This document shows, in pieces, positions 7,886 through 17,438 of a stretch of DNA of 62,593 nt. The translations under genes and the position numbers were made by a program. Position 1 is the first letter of the stretch. Each line of letters opens with the position of its first letter. The stretch covers positions 1 through 62,593 of the IMG/VR virus record IMGVR_UViG_3300036785_000450; one strand, given 5' to 3'. The DNA is from a virus. Taxonomy: Duplodnaviria > Caudoviricetes. The notes under the pieces are model-generated. The model worked only from the letters and a program-made list of their open reading frames with translations. It was not told the DNA's origin and did no database searches.

Positions 7886-8773
7886 TCAGTCGAGCACCTC
7901 AGCCAGCAGAGCCTGGGCCTGGGCCAGGTTGCGAGCGCTCTTGGCGGCGGTGTCAGCCACCTGCTCAGCGGTCAGTTGGTGGGCGTAGGGGTTGGGCTTG
8001 GCCTGCTCCTTGGCGACCTTGGCGACGGCGTTGGTGGCTGAGCGCTGCCAGTCGACACCAGCGGCGTTCAGGGCGGGCACCAGGCGGCGCACGGCGGCGG
8101 CGAAGTCACTGGGGTGATCCAGGCCGTACCAGGCCAAGGACTGGAATGCCTGGCTCAGGGCATTGCGGGCGGCGACCTTGGTGGCGATGACGCCGTACTC
8201 ACCCCGCAGGGGCGAGCCGTCCACGTCGGTGATGCCCTTGGCGTCCTTGTCAGCCTGCTTGGCTGCCTTCTCAGCCGCCTTGGCCTCAGCGGCCTCGCGG
8301 TCGATGCGGGCGGGCCGGTGGAAGTTGGGGTTGGTCGGGGCGGTGGGGAAGCACACGGTGCATGCCCTCTCACCCCACTCCTCGATCATGGCGGCCTCGT
8401 CACAGTCGGCCAGGTCGACCAGCCAGGAGTACTCAGTGGTGTGGAAGCAGGTGGTGCAGTCCAGGCCACGGTGGACATGACCATTGGCGTTGGTGACGAG
8501 GAAGTAGCGGTTCCAGGGGCGGCGGTTGTACTCAAGCTGGAGAGGAGCGGCCTGGGTGATCAGGGCGTCAACCTCAGCCCGGTAGCCCTCGACCTCAGTG
8601 GTGGTCCGGTTGATCAGATCCCAGTAGGGGCTGGCCGTCTTGCGGTTCTTCAGGTGCTCGATGTAGGCGACACCCTGGCGGATCTGACCCCAGAGCTTGG
8701 CCTGCTGGTCGTAGTTGGTGGCGAGGACGGTGTCGATCTCGACAGGGGTCTGGGTGCTGGGGTCGGTAGCCAT
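7886..8773 (-). CDS. Hypothetical protein with a H/C-rich metal-binding motif
   Basis: GHVH...CTTC...CTVCFP; leaderless TACGCT-N6-ATG. Confidence 0.8.
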   Translation of the reverse strand: MATDPSTQTPVEIDTVLATNYDQQAKLWGQIRQGVAYIEHLKNRKTASPYWDLINRTTTEVEGYRAEVDALITQAAPLQLEYNRRPWNRYFLVTNANGHVHRGLDCTTCFHTTEYSWLVDLADCDEAAMIEEWGERACTVCFPTAPTNPNFHRPARIDREAAEAKAAEKAAKQADKDAKGITDVDGSPLRGEYGVIATKVAARNALSQAFQSLAWYGLDHPSDFAAAVRRLVPALNAAGVDWQRSATNAVAKVAKEQAKPNPYAHQLTAEQVADTAAKSARNLAQAQALLAEVLD

Positions 8774-8892
8774 GAGGACAGCGTACAGGATAGGGACATG
8801 CCTGTGTGAGCATTGACGTGTGACATGAGTCACCGCATGATTTCGCTCTCCCCGACATGCACTCCCACTCCAGGGGAGGTACAGTGGCTCCC

Positions 8893-9276
8893 ATGGCTAC
8901 CAACGACATCCCCGAGAGCATCAAGAGCCTCTACCGCCAGCCCAGCGCCGACCACGTCATCTGCGTGCAGGTGCGCCGGGGTGATCCGCCCCAGCACGTC
9001 GCTGACGACATCGAAGACCTGCTGGAGCGCTCCTCACGGTTCTGGGGCGGCGAGCAGTGCGATAGCTGCGGCTGCCACTCCTACGTCATCGAGCGCAACC
9101 CGCACTTCCCCAGCGATCTGGTGCAGGGCTGGCAGGTGCGCTGCTGCGGTGACGCAGACGAGGCGCAGCGCTGGCAGGGCGAGGGCGCTGAGCCTGCGTC
9201 GGTCGAGGCCATCCGCACCGGCTGCGGCGCTGTCTACAACCTGCGCTGGGAGCATGAGGATCGGGTGTGCTTCTGA
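8893..9276 (+). CDS. Hypothetical Cys-rich protein
   Basis: Leaderless TACAGT-N7-ATG; CDSC, CC and GCG motifs. Confidence 0.75.
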   Translation: MATNDIPESIKSLYRQPSADHVICVQVRRGDPPQHVADDIEDLLERSSRFWGGEQCDSCGCHSYVIERNPHFPSDLVQGWQVRCCGDADEAQRWQGEGAEPASVEAIRTGCGAVYNLRWEHEDRVCF

Positions 9277-9431
9277 TGGCGCCTGACCGACTCGGCAACC
9301 TCATCGCCCAGGAAGGCTGCGACCGCTGCTTCTGCGGCTGCAAGTACTGGGAGCACGACCGTTGCGTCGACTGCGGCACCCACATCAGCATCGTCCTGGC
9401 ATCATCCGACAACCCCAACCGAGAAAGCTGA
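9276..9431 (+). CDS. Small Cys-rich protein (51 aa)
   Basis: Manually translated: GCDRCFCGCKYWEHDRCVDC; TGATG coupling. Confidence 0.65.
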   Translation: MAPDRLGNLIAQEGCDRCFCGCKYWEHDRCVDCGTHISIVLASSDNPNRES

Positions 9432-9442
9432 GCTACCACACC

Positions 9443-9607
9443 ATGAGCACGTACGAGATCTACATCGACCGCCAGACCGGCACCTGGGGCGATGCGAACG
9501 ACATCGTCATCCGAGAGATCCCCATGGAAGAGGTCAACGCCATGGAAGAGATGTCCGACAGCCAACTGATCCAGTTGGCCTACCAGTGGGAGGAGAAAAA
9601 CCGATGA
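9443..9607 (+). CDS. Small acidic hypothetical protein
   Basis: MSTYEIYIDRQ...; ATGA coupling downstream. Confidence 0.65.
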   Translation: MSTYEIYIDRQTGTWGDANDIVIREIPMEEVNAMEEMSDSQLIQLAYQWEEKNR

Positions 9608-9786
9608 GTGCCGATTCTGTAAATGTGGAGATCCACTCCGACTGGCCGAGACTGGTCGAGGCGATCCGCAACAGGGAGAGGCTCCGTGCGATGGCCTACG
9701 CCAGGGTGATCGGGAAGGGTCACGGCGTGAAGTCGTCCTATGTGTACATGCTGGCTGAGCGCCAGATCGAGGAGAAGAACCGATGA
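9604..9786 (+). CDS. Hypothetical protein
   Basis: GAGGAG RBS, ATGA overlaps. Confidence 0.65.
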   Translation: MSADSVNVEIHSDWPRLVEAIRNRERLRAMAYARVIGKGHGVKSSYVYMLAERQIEEKNR

Positions 9787-10403
9787 GCACCACCGGACCT
9801 TTCTCGACCGGCTACATCGGCGCCCACCGCTGGGCCGTTTTCGGCCCCCCTGGGGCCTACGACTGGGCCTGCGGATGTGGCGAGCACGGGCGGGTGGCGG
9901 GCAACCTGGCCTTCCTGTACGAGTGCTTCGGGCGGCACGCCCAGGAGAAGCTCCAGCAGGCTGCTGTCAGCCTGCTGCTGGCTCCTCTGCCTCATACCAA
10001 GCAGATGGCGCTGAGCTTGCTGCGGCAGTCTCATCGAGCCAAGGAGGCAGGTGAGGGGGACAAGCAGAACATCCTGGCCTTGGCTGCCGTCACGATCACC
10101 CAGGAGCGTCATCAGACCCGGGAGGCCAGCTTCCAGGCCCTGGAATGGGCCAACCCCTGGCCTGACTGTGGACGCCCGGGGCTCACGTCCTCCGACTACC
10201 AGGACGGGGAGAACCGGTTCTGGCTGGAAGTCGAACCCAGTGGCAAGACGTGGGACTGGGCCACCTGGCGCACTGACTACGACGGGGACAACGAGGCCCA
10301 GATCGGCGGCGGATCCAGCCCCACCCTGGCTGAGGCCCAGCGGGCTGCCTGGGATGCCCTGATGACCTATCAGGAAGAGCAGGAGGACCAGGAACCGTTC
10401 TGA
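9783..10403 (+). CDS. Hypothetical protein
   Basis: 206 aa, GAGGAG RBS, ATGA overlap. Confidence 0.75.
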   Translation: MSTTGPFSTGYIGAHRWAVFGPPGAYDWACGCGEHGRVAGNLAFLYECFGRHAQEKLQQAAVSLLLAPLPHTKQMALSLLRQSHRAKEAGEGDKQNILALAAVTITQERHQTREASFQALEWANPWPDCGRPGLTSSDYQDGENRFWLEVEPSGKTWDWATWRTDYDGDNEAQIGGGSSPTLAEAQRAAWDALMTYQEEQEDQEPF

Positions 10404-10404
10404 A

Positions 10405-10457
10405 AATATCCGCATGCCTGACCTCACAAGGGCATGCGGGTGCGGTACACTTACCTC
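10405..10457 (+). promoter_or_regulatory. Early-type leaderless promoter with CGCATGCC...GGCATGCG palindrome
   Basis: AAATATCCGCATGCCTGAC-N9-GCATGCGGGTGCGG-TACACT-N6-ATG. Confidence 0.65.
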
Positions 10458-11567
10458 ATGGCTACCACATCGAAGTCCAAGCCCAAGACCAAGGTCCAGC
10501 ACGACGGCCGTGTCACCCGACGCGACGTCTTCGCTGAGACCACCGCCAAGTTCGTCGCCGCCCTCAAGGCTGCCCTCGCTGGTGGTGTCATCCCCTGGCA
10601 CAAGCCCTGGAAGGTCACCGGCCTGGGCGGCGCACCTCGCTCGCTCGCCACCGGCAAGCTGTACCGGGGCATCAACGTCCTGATCCTCATGCTGGAGGCC
10701 ATGGAGAAGGGCTACGGCTCCAACCTCTGGGGCACCTACAACCAGATGGCCGAACTGGCTGGCCTGGTCAAGAACGTCGATGTCAAGACCAAGCGCACAT
10801 GGTTCACCTCGCCCGAGTTGGCCGATGGCACCCCCGACCCCACCCCCCGTGGCGTGCGCCGGGGCGAGAAGTCCACCAGCGTGGTGTGGGCGGGCAAGAT
10901 CACCGTGCCCGAGAAGGACGCCCAGGGCAACATCGTCATGGTGGACGGCAAGCCCAAGCTGAAGACCATCCACCCGCTCAAGTTCTTCCCGCTGTTCAAC
11001 CTCGACCAGTGCTCCTTCCCCGAGGGCAGCAAGGGCGCCAAGCTCCTGGCTGCCGCCGCTGCCAAGCCTGAGGTGACCCCGCTGGAGCGGGACCAGGCCG
11101 CTGAGGCGCTGGTGGCTGAGTACCTGGCGGATGGCCCCTCGCTGGGTCACGGGGGCAACAGCGCCCACTACGTGCCCGCCGCCGACCACGTCCAGATGCC
11201 CAACCTGGCTGACTTCGACTCCACCGCCCACTACATGTCCACGCTGTACCACGAACTGACCCACTCGACCGGCCATGACTCCCGGCTGAAGAGGGAGGGC
11301 ATCGCCCAGGGCACGTTCGGCGGGTTCGGCTCCAAGGTGTACAGCGAGGAGGAGTTGGTGGCCGAGATCGGCGCCGCCATGCTGTGCGCCATCGCGGGCA
11401 TCGACCAGGCTGCCGTCTTCGACAACAGCGCCGCCTACGTCGCCCACTGGATCTCCAAGCTGGAGAACGACAACAAGCTGATCTACCGGGCTGCCCGTGA
11501 CGCTCAGAAGGCCATCGACTGCATCCTGGGCACCACGTTCGACAACGACGAGGAAGGCGAGGGCTGA
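10458..11567 (+). CDS. ardC: ArdC-like antirestriction protein (ssDNA-binding domain plus zincin-like MPTase)
   Basis: PWHKPW, YRGINVLIL, WGTYNQ, VRRGEKST, FNLDQ, HELTHSTGH..RL.R, YSEEELVAE. Confidence 0.9.
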   Translation: MATTSKSKPKTKVQHDGRVTRRDVFAETTAKFVAALKAALAGGVIPWHKPWKVTGLGGAPRSLATGKLYRGINVLILMLEAMEKGYGSNLWGTYNQMAELAGLVKNVDVKTKRTWFTSPELADGTPDPTPRGVRRGEKSTSVVWAGKITVPEKDAQGNIVMVDGKPKLKTIHPLKFFPLFNLDQCSFPEGSKGAKLLAAAAAKPEVTPLERDQAAEALVAEYLADGPSLGHGGNSAHYVPAADHVQMPNLADFDSTAHYMSTLYHELTHSTGHDSRLKREGIAQGTFGGFGSKVYSEEELVAEIGAAMLCAIAGIDQAAVFDNSAAYVAHWISKLENDNKLIYRAARDAQKAIDCILGTTFDNDEEGEG

Positions 11568-11572
11568 GTCAC

Positions 11573-11800
11573 ATGAACAGCATCGAAAGAGCCATGCACA
11601 TGCTGGACTGCCGGGACAATGTCGAGCGAGCCATCGTCAACTGGATGGGAGTGATGGAGTGCTCCCGCCTGGAGGCGGCTGAGCGTGTCTTCCGAGACAC
11701 CCAGGATCCCGAGACGCAGCCGGTGGGATACAACCACCCCTGGCCCGATCCCGACCTGGTGGAGGCGGCTGGCAAGGCGTACCGCAAGGCGCAGAGGTGA
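11573..11800 (+). CDS. Hypothetical protein
   Basis: 75-aa ORF in the operon. Confidence 0.65.
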   Translation: MNSIERAMHMLDCRDNVERAIVNWMGVMECSRLEAAERVFRDTQDPETQPVGYNHPWPDPDLVEAAGKAYRKAQR

Positions 11801-11802
11801 CC

Positions 11803-11952
11803 ATGAGCCTGACCGGTTGGCTGGATCTCGGTGAGGACACCAGGGTGGAGATTGAGATCCTGGGCCGCACACGGTGGCCTGGCGCCCAGCGAGACAACTC
11901 CCAGGAGATCTGGCGTATCCGCCTGATCGACAACAACAAGGAGGAAGCATGA
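11803..11952 (+). CDS. Small hypothetical protein (49 aa)
   Basis: Manually translated; GAGGT RBS; ATGA coupling. Confidence 0.55.
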   Translation: MSLTGWLDLGEDTRVEIEILGRTRWPGAQRDNSQEIWRIRLIDNNKEEA

Positions 11953-12314
11953 GCATCGACCCAACCGAGAACATCCGCCGCAACCTGATCGACAGCGGTC
12001 AGCCTCACGCTGACCTGGCCGCTGAGGCGGCGGTTTGCCGACACTGCGCTGTACCCATCGAGCACCGTGAAGGCAGCTTCGGACTGACGTGGTACCACAC
12101 CGACACCACGCACCATCAGTGCGCCGGTACGAACGATCATCCAACCTTCGCAGAACCGGCCCCCACCTGGGACACCAAGGCTCTCCAGGCCGAGTTTCAG
12201 GTGATCGGCTTCGCCGCCCCCTTCGTGGTGGTGCGGCGGCGCTCAGACGGTGTCAAGGGCACCCTGGAGTTCACCCACCAACCAAGAACATATTTTTCGT
12301 TTCAGGCCGACTGA
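11949..12314 (+). CDS. Hypothetical phage protein
   Basis: AGGAGG RBS; C-terminal F.VIGFAAPFVVVRRRSDGVKGTLEFTHQPR.YF. Confidence 0.75.
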   Translation: MSIDPTENIRRNLIDSGQPHADLAAEAAVCRHCAVPIEHREGSFGLTWYHTDTTHHQCAGTNDHPTFAEPAPTWDTKALQAEFQVIGFAAPFVVVRRRSDGVKGTLEFTHQPRTYFSFQAD

Positions 12315-12757
12315 TGAGCATGACGCCGCACTTCGACAAGTACGAGGACTGGGTGGAGCACCACCAGGGGACCGAGTGCGCCCTGTGCTACGGGCGGGGC
12401 TGGGTGATGCAAGAGGACAGCGCTGGCATGCCCACCCATGAGATCGCTTGTCCCTACTGCCACGGTCAGCGCAGTGCGGGCTGGGTGGTGGAGCGCCGCC
12501 AGAGCAAGTTCAACGCCTGGGACAAGCGCCGCAACCTGCTGATCATCGCCACCGTCGCCGCCTTCGTCTGGCCCTACCTGGGCCTGTTCGTGATCGCAGG
12601 CTGGGTGGCCTACTGGATCAACCGTCGCCCGAAGGAGGAGAAGCCCGGCTACCACTCCAAGCACGCTCCTGGGTTCACCGATGAGCGGGAGCAGACTGCC
12701 CTGGGCATCTTCGCCGCAGGGGTGGGCATCCGCAGCCTGTTCGGGAGGAAACGATGA
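12314..12757 (+). CDS. Membrane protein with a DnaJ-type CxxCxGxG zinc finger
   Basis: CALCYGRG and CPYCHG, followed by a hydrophobic hairpin. Confidence 0.7.
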   Translation: MSMTPHFDKYEDWVEHHQGTECALCYGRGWVMQEDSAGMPTHEIACPYCHGQRSAGWVVERRQSKFNAWDKRRNLLIIATVAAFVWPYLGLFVIAGWVAYWINRRPKEEKPGYHSKHAPGFTDEREQTALGIFAAGVGIRSLFGRKR

Positions 12758-12966
12758 GCACTGCACCAAAGACCAAGACACTCCTGTTCGCTCTGATCGT
12801 GCCGACCGCCAATCCCGAGAGGGATGATCCCGAGATCCTCGCTCACGTCTTCACCACGATCATCAACGAAGAACGAGAGCGCAACTGGCCCGAGAACCCC
12901 CAGCCCGTGCGCCTCAGCGCCATCCCTACCCCCCAATGGATGTGGGAAGAAATACCGCATACCTGA
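12754..12966 (+). CDS. Hypothetical protein
   Basis: GGAGG RBS, ATGA overlap. Confidence 0.65.
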   Translation: MSTAPKTKTLLFALIVPTANPERDDPEILAHVFTTIINEERERNWPENPQPVRLSAIPTPQWMWEEIPHT

Positions 12967-12996
12967 CACCAAGTAAGCATGCGGATGAGCTACACT
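12949..12996 (+). promoter_or_regulatory. Early-type promoter (same motif family)
   Basis: AAATACCGCATACCTGAC-N10-GCATGCGGATGAGC-TACACT. Confidence 0.6.
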
Positions 12997-13034
12997 GCTA
13001 CTGTCAACCCGCTACCACAACAAGGAGCTATCGC

Positions 13035-13295
13035 ATGGGATTCATCATCCTCGCAGTCGGAGGTTTCCTGGTCTGGAAGAACTGGGACAAGATCTCCGGC
13101 CTGCTGAAGAACAACCTGAGCGGCGCTGGACCCATGTCCTCGCCCCGCCCCTCGCCCGAGGAGGAAGGTGCCATGTTCCTCCAGCACCGGGCCAGCCAAG
13201 CCGCCATGTACTCCCTCAGGGACCAGCATCACGAGGAGTACGACCGCTACGTGCAGGGCTGGATTGAGGCGCACCAGTCTGGAGCACAGTCATGA
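13035..13295 (+). CDS. Protein with an N-terminal membrane anchor
   Basis: AAGGAG RBS; MGFIILAVGGFLVW. Confidence 0.7.
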   Translation: MGFIILAVGGFLVWKNWDKISGLLKNNLSGAGPMSSPRPSPEEEGAMFLQHRASQAAMYSLRDQHHEEYDRYVQGWIEAHQSGAQS

Positions 13296-13552
13296 CCAAG
13301 CTGACCGCCCGCCAGAAGGACAAGCTGATCGAGGCCGCTCAGACCGCCATCACCTTCACCGTCGAGGGCAAGAACGACTTCCCATTCGACATGCTGCGCT
13401 ACGACCTGTGCTGGCCCGCCAGCGAGTCAGACTCCAGCCTCATCTCTTTCTCAATCACCCAACCGGGACGGGAGCGCACCATCAAGCTGAAGGGTCTGAC
13501 CGGCCCCACCCCTCGCCGCTGGGCCAGCTTCGGCTGGACCGTGGTGGCGTGA
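13292..13552 (+). CDS. Hypothetical phage protein
   Basis: FTVEG..FPFDMLRYD.CWP...PT..RW.SFGW.V. Confidence 0.75.
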   Translation: MTKLTARQKDKLIEAAQTAITFTVEGKNDFPFDMLRYDLCWPASESDSSLISFSITQPGRERTIKLKGLTGPTPRRWASFGWTVVA

Positions 13553-13722
13553 TGGTCGAACTGACCGACAAAGAGGTTACCGTGCTGATCGACTCGCTGG
13601 CGTTCATGCGTGACCACCTGGAGGGACAGGGGAGTCCCGCTCCCAACGTCAAGAGTGCGCTGGACAAGATCCTCTCGCTCATGACGCCTAGCACCTATGG
13701 GCTACGCATCGAGACCCTATGA
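13552..13722 (+). CDS. Hypothetical protein
   Basis: MVELTDKEV...; TGATG coupling. Confidence 0.6.
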   Translation: MVELTDKEVTVLIDSLAFMRDHLEGQGSPAPNVKSALDKILSLMTPSTYGLRIETL

Positions 13723-14150
13723 CGCCCAGGCAGCAACTGGTCGCTCACCTCGCCACCCAACACGGTGAGCACATCCACCGGGGCACCCACCAGCAACTGA
13801 TCGTGCGCCACAAGAATCTCCACAAGGCGCACCTGACGCACAGTCATCGCCCAGACGGGTGGACCCTGGGGGGCGATCAGATCAGGTTCCGCATCTTCCT
13901 GTCACCGCCCAGGAACCCGAACAGCACCAAGAACGAGGACCGCAACTGGATCCTCAACGTCGCCAACGACTTCACCGGCTGGCGTCGCCCGCTACCAGCC
14001 ACCTGGGCGGGCAACATCACTGGCGCCAAGTGCGCCGCCGACAAGCTCCTGGGCTACCAGGCCAACTGGGTGGCCGTGGGCTGGGGCTGGAAGGTCGAGG
14101 CGATCCCTCCCCCCGATGACGACTTCAAGGCCGAGATGCAGCAGTGGTGA
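13719..14150 (+). CDS. His-rich hypothetical protein
   Basis: 143 aa, ATGA coupling. Confidence 0.7.
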   Translation: MTPRQQLVAHLATQHGEHIHRGTHQQLIVRHKNLHKAHLTHSHRPDGWTLGGDQIRFRIFLSPPRNPNSTKNEDRNWILNVANDFTGWRRPLPATWAGNITGAKCAADKLLGYQANWVAVGWGWKVEAIPPPDDDFKAEMQQW

Positions 14151-14635
14151 GCGACAATGTCGTCGTATTCTATGACGACGAACGTCGCTTGTGCATCCAG
14201 TTCTTGGACACCGGCAACGTGTACCTCTACCACCCAAAGGAGAAAAGCGTGACCGACATCAGAAGTGAGTCATGCCAGCAATGTCCCTATCGCAAAGACG
14301 TACCCAGTGGCGTGTGGGCTGCCAACGAATACGAGAAGCTGGCCCAGTACGACGGGTACACCTCTGAGCAGCCCCTGGGGGCCTTCCACTGCCATGCCAC
14401 GCCCGAGGTCATCTGTCACGGCTGGACGGTCGTACACGGCCGTCAGGACCACGCTCATGAGCCCATGGCGTTTCGCATGTGGGGCATCGACCCCACCACG
14501 GTCGAGGAGCACACCCCGCTGTTCTCCTCGGGCACCGAGGCGTGCGAGCACGGCAAGCGTGACATCGAGCACCCCTCCCAGGAGGCCAGGGACGTGGTCG
14601 CTCGCCTCCAGGGCAAGTACGACCGGTTGCGCTGA
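14144..14635 (+). CDS. DUF6283-like Cys-rich protein (start uncertain)
   Basis: CQQCPYRKDVPSGVW..EYEKL..YD...FHCH...ICHGW; family assignment from recall. Confidence 0.65.
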   Translation: MVSDNVVVFYDDERRLCIQFLDTGNVYLYHPKEKSVTDIRSESCQQCPYRKDVPSGVWAANEYEKLAQYDGYTSEQPLGAFHCHATPEVICHGWTVVHGRQDHAHEPMAFRMWGIDPTTVEEHTPLFSSGTEACEHGKRDIEHPSQEARDVVARLQGKYDRLR

Positions 14636-14637
14636 TC

Positions 14638-14826
14638 ATGACCGACCAGAACGCCGAATATGTGCGCGTTCCTCGCATCTATGTCAGATGCCCGATCTGC
14701 GGCGCGCTTGCTCTCCAACTACGCCACGCCGACGGGCTCGTCCGCCGCGAGGTATGGCGTGAACTCCTGCAACACCTCTCGGAGGTTCACGGCGAACAGA
14801 TCGACAGTTCTGGAGCGCAGTCATGA
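14638..14826 (+). CDS. Small C2H2-like zinc-finger protein
   Basis: CPIC...HLSEVH. Confidence 0.65.
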   Translation: MTDQNAEYVRVPRIYVRCPICGALALQLRHADGLVRREVWRELLQHLSEVHGEQIDSSGAQS

Positions 14827-14981
14827 CCAGCGATCAACTGCGGGAAGAGGTGCGCCGGTTCCTGGCCGACATCTTCAGGGTCAGAATCGTGGACATCGAG
14901 GACTCCGAACTGGAGCGCCTGGCCCAGGAGTTGCGCCGACACGAACTCATGTTGATCGACCGGTCGGCAACATTTTCTTGA
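14823..14981 (+). CDS. Small hypothetical protein (52 aa)
   Basis: Manually translated; ATGA coupling. Confidence 0.55.
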   Translation: MTSDQLREEVRRFLADIFRVRIVDIEDSELERLAQELRRHELMLIDRSATFS

Positions 14982-15011
14982 CACCTGGGGGCGCAAGGCT
15001 CCTTGAGATAG

Positions 15012-15443
15012 GTGATGATCAAGAACCCACAAGTCGGAGACATCGTCAGGGTGCGTTCCACTGACCGCAACAACCTGGCCGTGCTCTTCGACACCACCAA
15101 TCGCAAGTACGTGCAGGGCCTCCTCCTGCACACCGCCCCTGAGCTAGCCACCGACATGGACGTGGTGCTAGCCCAGGGCACCGTCACCCCCTACCCGCTG
15201 GTGCTGTGCTGCGATCTCTACGGGGCGTTCTTGCGCTCCCAGATCGACCGTCACATCGCCCACATCGACGGCTTCCCCGTGGGCCACCCACTCTTCAACC
15301 CGGCCAAAGTTGCAAAGGCCCTGGGTGGTTACCGAGGCCTGCCCATTTTCCGGGGCACCGAGCGCTGGACCGAGAAGGAGCGGCTCCTGGAGGAGGAGCT
15401 ACATCCTCTCATTCGTCCCTTCTGGCACGGATTCCGCTGGTAG
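15012..15443 (+). CDS. Hypothetical protein
   Basis: 143-aa ORF. Confidence 0.7.
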   Translation: MMIKNPQVGDIVRVRSTDRNNLAVLFDTTNRKYVQGLLLHTAPELATDMDVVLAQGTVTPYPLVLCCDLYGAFLRSQIDRHIAHIDGFPVGHPLFNPAKVAKALGGYRGLPIFRGTERWTEKERLLEEELHPLIRPFWHGFRW

Positions 15444-15566
15444 GGATGAAGGGCCACACGATCCCAAAGGGCGGGGCCGTCCAATCATGACAGGCAGGAC
15501 AATAACCATCCTCCAGATCACGGGGGCTGTAGTTGACCTCATTGCACCTGGGGCATGTGAAGGCGC

Positions 15567-16655
15567 TCATCGGTAGGCGGCACGGTTGAACTCCACTGAG
15601 GACTCGTAGGGTTCAGGCAGGACAACACCCCTCAGCCACTCGATCAAGTGCTTGCCACGGTCCCTGTGGTCGGTGTACCAGGCACTGATGGACTGCTCAT
15701 AGGCGGCCCGCCATTCAGTGGCGGTCACGTCCACGAACAGACCGTCAGGGACGGGTTTGATACTGCCGGGCTGAGCCCAACAGTGCCGGAAGGCCATGTC
15801 TGCCGCCTCGTAGGCCAGCGTCCACTGCTCCGTGGTGCGGTAGTGCTCAGCCAGGGCCACCAGGGGCTCTGCTCGTACCGGACGCATGCCCCAAGCCCGC
15901 CACAGGTGTCCACACCCGGCCTCAGGGTCGCTCCCCAGCAGGCAGGCCCCCAGCCGGTAGCGGGCGTAGAAGCTCTCCTCTTCCCAGCCTGGCATGGTCA
16001 GGCGGCGTCGGTACCACTCGACGGCCCGAATCGTGTCTCCGACGTCGTCATAGGTGCGAGCGGTGTAGAAGGCGGTGCGGGCGTTGGTGGGATCCTCATT
16101 CCACTCCTCCTCCAGTAGGCCGAGATCACGCCCGAACTTGTCACCCCTGGTGCCACCGTCGCCGTGGTGAACCACCGTGAAGGCACGACTCCTGACTGGG
16201 TTACCCACCATGGGACTGGACAGGTATTCATGTGCCCGGCCCGTCCAGGTGAAACCTCGATTAGAGCGGAACAGACGTGGCTTCCAGAACCGCAGCGATC
16301 CGTTGATCTCCTCGATGTCGATCCAGTCAGCGTCGAGGATCTCGATAGAGCCATCGAGCACCTCATCGGCGTCCATCCACAGCAGCCAGTCGGTGTGTAA
16401 CTCGGCCAGATGGAGGGCCACGTTCTTGGAAGGGCCAAAGCCCCGCCACTCATCATGGATGAACTGGCCCGGAAGGCCGGTGAACGCCTCCTGCGCTAAC
16501 GCCTCAGTGTTGTCGGTGCTGCCGGTGTCCACGATGGTCCAGTAGTCGATCTTCCACTTCAGATTGTCGTCCATCAAGCTGTTGGTCAGACGAGGCAGGG
16601 TCTTCTCCTCGTCCTTCACGATCATCATCAGGCCGACGGTCTGTCCTGTGGTCAT
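15567..16655 (-). CDS. GT2-family glycosyltransferase with a C-terminal TPR region
   Basis: MIVKDEE..L, IVDTGSTDNT, WLLWMDADE, HE; TPR-like helices; start could be further upstream, up to 16721. Confidence 0.88.
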   Translation of the reverse strand: MTTGQTVGLMMIVKDEEKTLPRLTNSLMDDNLKWKIDYWTIVDTGSTDNTEALAQEAFTGLPGQFIHDEWRGFGPSKNVALHLAELHTDWLLWMDADEVLDGSIEILDADWIDIEEINGSLRFWKPRLFRSNRGFTWTGRAHEYLSSPMVGNPVRSRAFTVVHHGDGGTRGDKFGRDLGLLEEEWNEDPTNARTAFYTARTYDDVGDTIRAVEWYRRRLTMPGWEEESFYARYRLGACLLGSDPEAGCGHLWRAWGMRPVRAEPLVALAEHYRTTEQWTLAYEAADMAFRHCWAQPGSIKPVPDGLFVDVTATEWRAAYEQSISAWYTDHRDRGKHLIEWLRGVVLPEPYESSVEFNRAAYR

Positions 16656-16805
16656 GTTCACCAGGTGCGATGACGCAGAGTCTCCCATAAACGGTGCCAC
16701 CATCGATAGCGAACGACCCATCCGTGGCTCAGGGTCCAGTGGTCAGCCATTGCGATTGAGATTCCTCTCTGAGGATGCACAGGGTATGGACGAGTCTGGG
16801 GATAA

Positions 16806-17438
16806 CTAGCTCGACTTGATCTCCTGGATCGAGTTGAGGGAGTAGCGGATTTCCTCCCTGTCGTCCAGGACGAGGTAGGTGGGGGCAGACGTCGGGTGAT
16901 TGACCACCCTGGTCAGGATGCCGGTGACCGGTGGCTTGGCGATGAAGACCAGGGTCACCCGGGCGCCGATGAGGTTGTGGGCGTCGGCCGCACTGGGCTG
17001 GCCCAGGGAGGACCGTGCCTCAGAAATGAAGGCGTTCTGGTAGATCGGGTCGGACAGGTTTTTTGCGCCGCTCCTGCGGGCCTGTGGGGGCCTCTCAGTG
17101 GTTTCTACATGCACAGGCGAGCGTGTGGATGTGACCTCGACGTCAGGCACCCTCTCCAGGTGCTGACCCAGGGCGGTGACCGCAGCATGCAGGTAGGTGT
17201 TGGTGGCGACCTCCTGCCAGAACTGGGGATCGTTCTCCAGCCCCAGACTGCGGGCAGCGACCAGTACGGGAGAGGATTTTTCCCAGTTGGGCTCACTACC
17301 GTCTTCTGCTTCCACGACATCCTCCAGTTCACCCATGGCTGACCAGAACCCATCGGACAGGTCGTTCTTCTCATGCCGGTCTTCCTGATGCCAGGACGTC
17401 ACCACTCTCCGAGCGGCGTCCCACAGCGGGTCGGTCAC
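16806..17438 (-). CDS. Hypothetical protein
   Basis: GTGA coupling to the upstream gene. Confidence 0.7.
   Translation of the reverse strand: MTDPLWDAARRVVTSWHQEDRHEKNDLSDGFWSAMGELEDVVEAEDGSEPNWEKSSPVLVAARSLGLENDPQFWQEVATNTYLHAAVTALGQHLERVPDVEVTSTRSPVHVETTERPPQARRSGAKNLSDPIYQNAFISEARSSLGQPSAADAHNLIGARVTLVFIAKPPVTGILTRVVNHPTSAPTYLVLDDREEIRYSLNSIQEIKSS

Noticed and set aside
9738-11447. 569-aa minus-strand ORF
   Set aside because: Antisense shadow of ardC and its upstream gene.
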